A stretch of DNA of 64,000 nucleotides, taken from NCBI GenBank assembly GCA_022184915.1, contig JAGTJU010000004.1, forward strand, positions 416,057 through 480,056, given 5' to 3'. The translations under genes and the position numbers were made by a program. The stretch is from Myxococcales bacterium. Its GTDB lineage: Bacteria > Myxococcota_A > Polyangia > Fen-1088. A model generated the notes under the pieces. The model ran no database searches, had not been told where the DNA came from, and was given only the letters and a program-made list of their open reading frames with translations. Below are positions 18,195 to 25,526 of the stretch, piece after piece; position 1 is the first letter of the stretch, and every line of letters begins with the position of its first letter.

Positions 18195-18790
18195 CAGACC
18201 AGGGTTCCTTCCGGGCCCTCGCCCCACCGGGGCATCAGGCGGTTGTCGAGGCCCAGGTGATCCAGCACCCGGGCGTTCACGGTGTCGACCAGGGCCTCGA
18301 CCCCGCGGGGCTGGCTGTAGAACGAAGGGCTCGCGGGCAACACCACGGCGCCCGCGCGCGTGACGGCCGCCATGTTCTCGATGTGCAGCAGCGACAAGGG
18401 GGTCTCGCGGAACACGAGCACCAGCTTGCGTCGCTCCTTGAGCATCACGTCCGCCGCCCGGCCCACGAGGTCGTCCGAGATGCCGTGAGCGATGCGCGCG
18501 AGGCCACCCGCTGAACACGGCACCACCACCATGGCGTGCCAGCCCGCCGAGCCCGAGGCGAACGGGGCCGAAAAGTCCGAACGTTCGTAGCGACGAAACG
18601 GCAGGTCCGGGGGGCCACCCAGCTCGTGCTTCCACACCTGCTCACCGGCGCGCGAGAAGCAGACACCCACCTCCAGGGGCTCGCCCGCGTCCCGAAGCGC
18701 AGCCAGGCTGAGCAGCAGGCGTTGTGCGTAGATCGCGCCCGAGGCGCCGCCCACGGCCACCACGATTTTGCGGGGGCCCGGGCGCATCAT
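18194..18790 (-). CDS. ubiX: UbiX/Pad1-family flavin prenyltransferase
   Basis: 198 aa. KIVVAVGGASGAIYAQRLL flavin-binding N-terminus typical of UbiX. Confidence 0.8.
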   Translation of the reverse strand: MMRPGPRKIVVAVGGASGAIYAQRLLLSLAALRDAGEPLEVGVCFSRAGEQVWKHELGGPPDLPFRRYERSDFSAPFASGSAGWHAMVVVPCSAGGLARIAHGISDDLVGRAADVMLKERRKLVLVFRETPLSLLHIENMAAVTRAGAVVLPASPSFYSQPRGVEALVDTVNARVLDHLGLDNRLMPRWGEGPEGTLV

Positions 18791-19509
18791 TGCGCCACCA
18801 CCAGCGACGCCACGCCGGCCGGAAACAGCTCCCGCCCCGTCACGGAGGCAAAGCCCGCGGCCTCGAGCTCGCCTTGTACCTCGCGGCGGCTGGCGAAGGC
18901 CGCGATGGAGTCCGGCAGGTACCGATAAGCGTCGCGGTCACCCGTCACCGCCCACCCGACCAGGGGCAGGATGTGCTTGTTGTACAAACGGTCGAAGAAA
19001 AAGCGCGGGCGCTCGGGGCGGAAGAACTCCAGCACCACGAGGCGGGCACCGGGCTTGAGCACGCGCCGCAGCTCCGCAAAGGCCTGCGGGCGGTTCACGA
19101 GGTTCCGTACGCAAAACGCGCTGAACGCCCCATCGAAGACCTGCGCCCGGTAGGGCAGGTGGTGCCCGTCCGCCCCGTGTGGGGCCACGCAGGCTGGGGC
19201 TGGCACCTTGCCCACGCCCACCCGCAGCATCTGCTGGGCAAAGTCGGCGGCCGCCACCCGCGCACCGGGCGCGCGGCGTGCGATCTCGATCGAGCCGTCC
19301 AGCGTGCCCGCGCCGAGGTCCAGCAGGCAGGGCGCGGCGCCCGCGGTCTCGAGAAGCGGCAGGAGCGCTTGCTTGCGCCAGCGCTTGTCCACCCCGGCGG
19401 ACATCACCCGGTTGGCGGCATCGTAACGGCCCGCGATCCGATCGAACATACCGCGCACGTCGGTGCGCGCGGCCAACGAGGGTGGGGGAGGGGCGCTCGC
19501 GGCGGGCAT
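18787..19509 (-). CDS. UbiE/MenG-family (demethyl)menaquinone methyltransferase
   Basis: 240 aa. FDRIAGRYDAANRVMSAGVDKRWRK and LDLGAGT SAM-binding motif. Confidence 0.8.
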   Translation of the reverse strand: MPAASAPPPPSLAARTDVRGMFDRIAGRYDAANRVMSAGVDKRWRKQALLPLLETAGAAPCLLDLGAGTLDGSIEIARRAPGARVAAADFAQQMLRVGVGKVPAPACVAPHGADGHHLPYRAQVFDGAFSAFCVRNLVNRPQAFAELRRVLKPGARLVVLEFFRPERPRFFFDRLYNKHILPLVGWAVTGDRDAYRYLPDSIAAFASRREVQGELEAAGFASVTGRELFPAGVASLVVAQ

Positions 19510-20550
19510 TCAGACCACCCGCTCCACGGAGAGCCAGGCCAACGCCGAGAGGGCCTGCCGATAGGGGCTGTCGGGCAAAGCGCCGAGAGCCGCCTGTGCT
19601 TGCTCCACCAGCCGGTGGGCGTGGCGCCGCGCGGCTTCGACGCCTCCGCAGCGCTGCACCAGCCTCAGCACCTCGGCCGTGGCGGGCGCGGCCATACCCG
19701 TGTCCGTCATGTGCCGGGCCAGCGCCTGCTGTACGGCGGGGTCGAGCTCGGCGGCCAACAAGACCGGCAAGGTCAGTTTGCCCTCGGCCAGGTCGTGGCC
19801 CACCGACTTGCCGGCCGTGGCTTCGTCCACCGCGCAGTCGAGGATGTCGTCGGCGATTTGGAAGGCGCGGCCCACCATGCGCCCGTAGGTCGTCATGGCT
19901 TCGAGGGGCCCTGGGTCCAGTGCGTCACCAACGCGTGCGCACCATGAGATGAGCGAGCCCGTCTTGCGGTCGATGACGTCCATGTATCCCGAAACCGTAA
20001 CGTCCACCCGTCCCGCACGTTCCAACTGCGAAACCTCACCCTCCGCCATCTCCGTGACTGTCGCGGCCAGGGACTGGACGACCGGCAGGTGACCGGTGGC
20101 GCTGACCAACGCCAGAGCCCGGGCCAGGCAGAAGTCGCCCACCAGAACGACGACGCCGTTGCCGAACACCATGCGGGCGGCCGGGCGTCCGCGGCGGACA
20201 CGCCCGTCGTCCACGACGTCGTCGTGAAAGAGCGTGGCGCTGTGAATCAACTCGGCGGCTACGCCCACTGCGATGCCCAACTCGACCGGGGCATGAGCGG
20301 CGCGGGCAGCGAGCACCGCCAGCAAGGGTCGGAGCCGCTTTCCGCCCGCCGCCAGCAGATGCTCCCCCACCTTTGGGATCGGCCCTACCTGGCTTTCCAT
20401 CGCCGCGGACAGACGCTCGTCCACGTGTTTCATTTCTTCGGCCACCAGGGCCAAACCTCGCTCGAGGGCAGCGGACGTGCTCATACCCGCGGCCATCGGG
20501 GGCGCCGAAGGGGAGGCGGGTTGAACGTTGACGCGGGCGGTTTCGCTCAT
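19510..20550 (-). CDS. all-trans polyprenyl diphosphate synthase (IspB-like)
   Basis: 346 aa. First and second Asp-rich motifs LFHDDVVD and FQIADDILD. Confidence 0.8.
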   Translation of the reverse strand: MSETARVNVQPASPSAPPMAAGMSTSAALERGLALVAEEMKHVDERLSAAMESQVGPIPKVGEHLLAAGGKRLRPLLAVLAARAAHAPVELGIAVGVAAELIHSATLFHDDVVDDGRVRRGRPAARMVFGNGVVVLVGDFCLARALALVSATGHLPVVQSLAATVTEMAEGEVSQLERAGRVDVTVSGYMDVIDRKTGSLISWCARVGDALDPGPLEAMTTYGRMVGRAFQIADDILDCAVDEATAGKSVGHDLAEGKLTLPVLLAAELDPAVQQALARHMTDTGMAAPATAEVLRLVQRCGGVEAARRHAHRLVEQAQAALGALPDSPYRQALSALAWLSVERVV

Positions 20551-20849
20551 GAATCACCGGGTTGCAAAGCGTTTCGATGCTGCTCCGTCAGCGCCTTGCG
20601 GGGGAAATATTCAAAAAAAAATGAACGCCGGCAACCGCAAAGGGTGCGCCTTTCGGCCACACGGAGGGCCGATACCGGCCCGACCAGGAGCAAACCCCTC
20701 TGTGGTAGCGTGTGGGGTCGATTCACCTTGACACTTTGGCGGGGACGATACAGTACTTTTGCGTCCGTGTTTGACGGCTCACGGCAAGGCAGGTGCCTAC
20801 ACCTCCGCGCTGGGGTCGTCTCGGCGGCAAGGGTCTCGGGAGAGGTTCC

Positions 20850-21158
20850 ATGGCCACGTACATCACAGAGGAATGCATCAACTGCGGCGCCTGCGAGCCC
20901 GAATGCCCGAACGAGGCAATCAGCGAAGGCGACTCGATTTACGTGATCGACCCGAACCTGTGCACCGAATGCGTGGGCTTTCACGACCACGAGGCCTGCC
21001 AGGCCGTATGCCCGGTCGAATGCTGTCTGCCCGATCCCAATCACGCCGAAGCCGAAGCGGAGTTGCTGGCGCGCGCTCGTGCGCTGCACCCCGGACAAGC
21101 CTTTCCCGATCTCGACGTGCTGCCCGCCAGCCTGTCGCGGTTCAGAAAGCTCGGCTAG
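20850..21158 (+). CDS. 4Fe-4S dicluster ferredoxin (YfhL-like)
   Basis: Starts MATYITEECINCGACEPECP with a second cluster motif CTECVGFHDHEACQAVCP. GGGAGAGG Shine-Dalgarno upstream. Confidence 0.75.
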   Translation: MATYITEECINCGACEPECPNEAISEGDSIYVIDPNLCTECVGFHDHEACQAVCPVECCLPDPNHAEAEAELLARARALHPGQAFPDLDVLPASLSRFRKLG

Positions 21159-21213
21159 CGATGCCTCCTGGCGACCTGGGCGCCGCCCCCGGCATCTACG
21201 GGAGGCGAAGCCC

Positions 21214-21813
21214 ATGAAGCTCACCTCTCAGGAAGAGTACGGCCTGCGCTGCTTGCTGCAGATCGCTTCGGCCCCTGCGTGTTTCCTCACGATCCCCGAG
21301 GTGGCGCGCCGGGAGGCTTTGTCCACAGCGTACGTGGCGAAACTCATGCGCATCTTGCGCAGGGCGGGCTTCGTGCGGAGCGTGCGTGGGCAAAAGGGTG
21401 GCTTCGAGTTGGCGGTGGCCCCGATGCAGATCAACGTGGGCGCGGTTCTCGACGCTCTCGGGGGCCGGCTGTATTCGCCGGCGTTCTGCGAAGCCCATGC
21501 CGGCGAGCGCTGCGTCTGCGTGCACAGCGTGGACTGTTCCTTACGATCGCTTTGGACCAACGTGGACGCGGCGATTCAGGGCGTGCTCAACCGCACACAG
21601 CTCGGTCATCTGATTCGGGTGGGAGGCGCGGGGGCAAGTGGTCCGGGCTGCGGACTCTTGGACGCTCGGCGGGATCGGGGTGGGCCTGAGGAGAAGAAGC
21701 TGGTCAGTGGATTGCAAGCGGGTTCGGCGGGTCACGTCGCGGAGGCTCTTTGTCTTCGCGTCCACGGCCAAGACGACGCGAACAATCAGACGCAGCAAGA
21801 AAGCGAGGCTTGA
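21214..21813 (+). CDS. Rrf2-family transcriptional regulator (IscR/NsrR-like) with C-terminal extension
   Basis: MKLTSQEEYGLRCLLQIA winged-helix N-terminus. Three-Cys cluster CEAHAGERCVCVHSVDC. GGGAGG Shine-Dalgarno upstream. Confidence 0.7.
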   Translation: MKLTSQEEYGLRCLLQIASAPACFLTIPEVARREALSTAYVAKLMRILRRAGFVRSVRGQKGGFELAVAPMQINVGAVLDALGGRLYSPAFCEAHAGERCVCVHSVDCSLRSLWTNVDAAIQGVLNRTQLGHLIRVGGAGASGPGCGLLDARRDRGGPEEKKLVSGLQAGSAGHVAEALCLRVHGQDDANNQTQQESEA

Positions 21814-22078
21814 GGGAATGGAACGCAGTCAAGGCGGGTTGCGGGGGAGGTTCCCAAAGCTGGGTTCGGCAAAAAGGTTGCATAGCGGGGCGCGGAGAAG
21901 GTTGCAAACGCGCCGCGCTTCGGATAATCCGGTCGCGCTCGAAAGGCGTCGTCCGAACAACGTAGGGCCGGATGGCGGCCAGGTGGGGTCAGGGCGGGGG
22001 GGCACCGGAGGGCGCTGAAGCGCCTCGAGGGGTTCCGGGCGGTCAACATCGAGACATCAAAGTGGACTTGGGCAAGAC

Positions 22079-23659
22079 ATGAGACTGGTTAGAGTCAAAA
22101 AGAAGGTGAAGGCTCCGGTGCCAACGGCACCCGTGGCTCCGGCCGCGGACGTGCAGGAAGACGAGGCATCGGATTTCGACAATGACAGCGACGAAGCCAC
22201 AGAAGACTTCGACGCCAGCGCCGATGCCGAGGTGGAGGAGCGCGTCGCCGCGCCCGCGAAGGCCACCAAGAAGGCGAAGGCCTCGAAGTCGACCAGCAGC
22301 GACGGCGATCGCGATCAAAGCCTGTTCCGTCGCTACCTGCGCGACGTGAACGGCCTCGACGTGATGGCGCCGGAGCAAGAGTTCGCGATGGCGCGTCGGA
22401 TCGAGTCGCTCAAGCTCGAGCTGTGGAACGTGATCCTCGGACACGGCCCTGCGGGAGCTCTCATCGTCGAATCGATCGAGCGCCTGATGGAGAACAAGTT
22501 CGAGGACTGGGAAGGCTACCGCAAGCTCCTGGTCAAAGAGCTCGCCACGGCTGCCAAGGCCAAGCCGGCTTCGCGGGCCAAGGATCCAGGCCCGCTCGCC
22601 AAGGTGGCCAAAGCCGCCAAGGCCGCAGCCAAGGCCTCGGGCGCCAAGAGCCCCAGGGCCTCGAGCCACGACGAGGGCCCCGTGCGCTCACCCGCGCTCG
22701 AGAAGCGTCTCGACTTCTACGTGGACGCTGCCGGCACCGCCGATCCGGAAGGAACGGCCGTGGAGGCGATCGTCGACTATCTGTCCTCGTTGCCCCCGTC
22801 TCGCACCACCGGGATCCAGGGCTTCGACGCCTACATGTCGAGCCTGCGCCGGGCGCGCTCCTCCCTGCGGACCGCCAAGAACGACTTCGTCAGTGCCAAC
22901 CTCAGGTTGGTGGTGGCCGTGGCCGCCCGCTACAGCCGCGAGCTCCTCACGTTCGAGGATCTGGTGCAGGAGGGCAACATCGGCCTGATGAAGGCGGTGG
23001 ACCGTTTCGACTACCGGAAGGGTTTCCGTTTCTCCACGTACGCCTCGTGGTGGATCCGCCATGCCATCGGGCGCGCACTTGCCGACAAGGCGCGGCTCGT
23101 GCGGTTGCCGGTGCACGTGCTGGATGCGCAACAGAAGGTGGAGAAGACCCGCCGGGCCCTCACCGCGCAGCTGGGTCGCAAGCCCACGCCGGCCGAGATC
23201 GCCAAGGAGACGGGCCTCGATCAAGAAGAGGTGGAGCGCATCAACGCCCTGCCATCTTCGAGCCCACTGTCTCTCGACGAGCCGTTCTCGGACGAAGACG
23301 ACGACCGTTCGCGCATGGACACCCTTGCCGATCCCGAACCCGGGCCCGAGCCGGTGGATCGTCTCGCGCAGACGGAGACGGAAAAGGCGATGATCAGCCT
23401 GATGGCTCAGCTCAAGCCCGTCGAGGTGGATATCCTGCGCAAGCGCTTCGGCCTTCACGATGGCCGCGAGCGGACGCTGCAGGAGATCGGCGACGAGCAC
23501 CGGCTCTCGCGCGAGCGCATCCGTCAGGTGCAAGATCGTGCGCTCAACAAGCTGCGAGGCGCCTTGAACCAGTACCTCGCCACGGGCAACGCCGCGAGCA
23601 CACCCGCTGCCGCCCCGGCACGCGGTCAGGCTTCGGCCCAGGCCCGCGGCCAACTCTGA
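22079..23659 (+). CDS. RNA polymerase sigma-70 factor, RpoD family (group 1/2)
   Basis: 526 aa. Acidic N-terminal region, region 2 (FEDLVQEGNIGLMKAVDRFD, STYASWWIRHAI), region 3, region 4 (TLQEIGDEHRLSRERIRQV). Confidence 0.85.
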   Translation: MRLVRVKKKVKAPVPTAPVAPAADVQEDEASDFDNDSDEATEDFDASADAEVEERVAAPAKATKKAKASKSTSSDGDRDQSLFRRYLRDVNGLDVMAPEQEFAMARRIESLKLELWNVILGHGPAGALIVESIERLMENKFEDWEGYRKLLVKELATAAKAKPASRAKDPGPLAKVAKAAKAAAKASGAKSPRASSHDEGPVRSPALEKRLDFYVDAAGTADPEGTAVEAIVDYLSSLPPSRTTGIQGFDAYMSSLRRARSSLRTAKNDFVSANLRLVVAVAARYSRELLTFEDLVQEGNIGLMKAVDRFDYRKGFRFSTYASWWIRHAIGRALADKARLVRLPVHVLDAQQKVEKTRRALTAQLGRKPTPAEIAKETGLDQEEVERINALPSSSPLSLDEPFSDEDDDRSRMDTLADPEPGPEPVDRLAQTETEKAMISLMAQLKPVEVDILRKRFGLHDGRERTLQEIGDEHRLSRERIRQVQDRALNKLRGALNQYLATGNAASTPAAAPARGQASAQARGQL

Positions 23660-23702
23660 GCCGCCCTGGCGTCACGAAAGACCGTCGCAACGCGCGTGGA
23701 TG

Positions 23703-24320
23703 TCACGCGCGGGGCGGCGGTCGCTTCGTTGCGGGGCTCTCGTCGCGCGGCTCGGCCGCCGGCTGAGGCTGACGGGAGCGGAACACCTCGCGAAACCTGC
23801 CGATGTCCAGTGACAGCTCGCCCAGCAACATGTCGAGCAGTGTCTCACCCACCTGGCACACGGCCTGAAGCTGGGTGAGCCGCTCGAGGGCGAAGGCGGC
23901 CTCTTTGCGTTCGGCGCCGCTGGCTTGTCTCCGCGCCGCCCGGGCGTGGCGACAGGCGCGATCGACGTAGCCCACCGCCGCGTGGATCTCCTTGCGCTCG
24001 CGCTCGTTGAGCACGCTCGAGATCATGTGCCAGAAGTCGGTTTCGGCCTCGTAGTGATCCTGGCGCGAGCCCGGGGGGCGCAGCTTCTTTACCACCCCCC
24101 AGCGCACGAGCGCCGCCAGGGTCATCGAAGCGTTCCCGGCCGAGATGTGCAGGCGCTTCTGCACGTCCAGCCGGGAAAGGGGCTCGGGGGCCAGGTAAAG
24201 CAGGCCAAACGCACGACCCATCGTGCGGGTGAAGCCCCAAAAGGCGGCAATGCGCCCACAGGTTTCGATCCCCAGGCTGCGGGCCTGTGCGAGATCGCTT
24301 TCGTCCACCGGCCCCGCCAT
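23703..24320 (-). CDS. MarR/GbsR-type winged-helix transcriptional regulator
   Basis: Starts at MAGPVDES. GRIAAFWGFTRTMGRAFGLLYLAPEPLSRLDVQKRL wHTH core. The upstream ORF-track extension is Arg-rich and not protein-like. Confidence 0.6.
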   Translation of the reverse strand: MAGPVDESDLAQARSLGIETCGRIAAFWGFTRTMGRAFGLLYLAPEPLSRLDVQKRLHISAGNASMTLAALVRWGVVKKLRPPGSRQDHYEAETDFWHMISSVLNERERKEIHAAVGYVDRACRHARAARRQASGAERKEAAFALERLTQLQAVCQVGETLLDMLLGELSLDIGRFREVFRSRQPQPAAEPRDESPATKRPPPRA

Positions 24321-24331
24321 GACGTTGGAAC

Positions 24332-25456
24332 TTAAGGGGTGGCCCGTGTGCGCAGCGCCTGGGCCAGCGACACGTCCACGTCTTTGCGGGGCGCGGGGGC
24401 CCGGGCTGCCAGCTGGCCGCAGGCTGCGTCGATGTCGTCGCCCCGGGGCATGCGAATGTACACCTGAATGCCCCGGGCGCGGAGGCGCCCCTGGAACGAC
24501 AACACGCGTTCGGTGCTGGGGCGCTGGAACTGCGGACCGTTGAAAGGGTTCCAGGGGATGAGATTCACCATGCTGGGCAGGCCGCTCACCAGGCGCACCA
24601 GACGGTCGGCGTCCGCGTCGGCGTCGTTGACGCCCGCCAGCAGCACGTACTCGAAGGTGATCTTGCGCCCGTGACCCAGGGGAAAGCGCTTCACCGCGGC
24701 CATCAGCGTGGCGATCGGCCACTTGCGGTTGATCGGCATGATCTGGTCCCGCACCTCGTCCGACGAGGCATTGAGGGAGATGGCCAGGTTGGGCACGTGT
24801 TCGAGCGCGGCCAATTTCTCGATGCCGGTGACCAGGCCCGACGTGCTGATGGTGATCCGACGGGGCGAAAACGCCGCACCCCAGGGGTGGCAGAGCAGCT
24901 CGAAGGCGCGCTTGACGTTGTCGAAGTTGTGCAGCGGTTCACCCATGCCCATGAACACGATGTTCGTGGGGCGGCGGCCCGCCAGCTCCGTGGCCCAGTA
25001 GACCTGCGAGACGATCTCGCCGGCGCTGAGGTTGCGGCCAAAGCCCAGTGTGGCCGTGGCGCAGAACTTACAGTCGATGGCGCACCCCACTTGCGAGGAA
25101 ATGCAGAGGGTGAGTCGGTCCCGCTCCTGGTTGTCGTCAGGGATCAGCACGGCCTCGATGGAACGGCCGTCGTGGGTCGAGAAGGCAAACTTACGGGTGC
25201 CATCGCGCGCGCTCTGCTCGACGGCCAGCCCCAAAGCGGACGGGGCGGCCTCGGCCGCCAAGATCTCGCGCAGGGCGGCGGGCACGTTGCAGGGGGCGTT
25301 GAGGTCCCGCACGGCGCCCACGCCACCAGCCCCCGGGCCGTGCAGCCACCGAAACACCTGTTCGGCCCTGTAGGGCGGGTGTCCGGCGGCCACGACCCGG
25401 GGCTTGAGCTCGGCGGGGGTGAGGTCTCTGAGATCCACGGCGCCCAGTTGTAGCAT
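24332..25456 (-). CDS. rlmN: 23S rRNA/tRNA adenine-C2 methyltransferase RlmN (radical SAM)
   Basis: 374 aa. CAIDCKFCAT radical-SAM motif. Conserved RlmN layout (YRAEQVFRWLH N-terminus, MGMGEP, IPWNP). Confidence 0.85.
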   Translation of the reverse strand: MLQLGAVDLRDLTPAELKPRVVAAGHPPYRAEQVFRWLHGPGAGGVGAVRDLNAPCNVPAALREILAAEAAPSALGLAVEQSARDGTRKFAFSTHDGRSIEAVLIPDDNQERDRLTLCISSQVGCAIDCKFCATATLGFGRNLSAGEIVSQVYWATELAGRRPTNIVFMGMGEPLHNFDNVKRAFELLCHPWGAAFSPRRITISTSGLVTGIEKLAALEHVPNLAISLNASSDEVRDQIMPINRKWPIATLMAAVKRFPLGHGRKITFEYVLLAGVNDADADADRLVRLVSGLPSMVNLIPWNPFNGPQFQRPSTERVLSFQGRLRARGIQVYIRMPRGDDIDAACGQLAARAPAPRKDVDVSLAQALRTRATP

Positions 25457-25526
25457 GCGCCTTCCTTCGGTTCCGCTTCACCCGCACGCGGGCGGGCGCG
25501 CCGGGGCGGCCCCAAGGGCGCACAGC

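Noticed and set aside
17448-18635. 395-aa ORF-track call
   Set aside because: The N-terminal 147 aa is Arg/Gly-rich and overlaps ubiX in another frame. The real gene starts at MHTHDSV (18194).
23703-24722. 339-aa ORF-track call
   Set aside because: The N-terminal 134 aa is Arg/Pro-rich junk overlapping the rlmN 3' end. The real MarR/GbsR gene starts at 24320.
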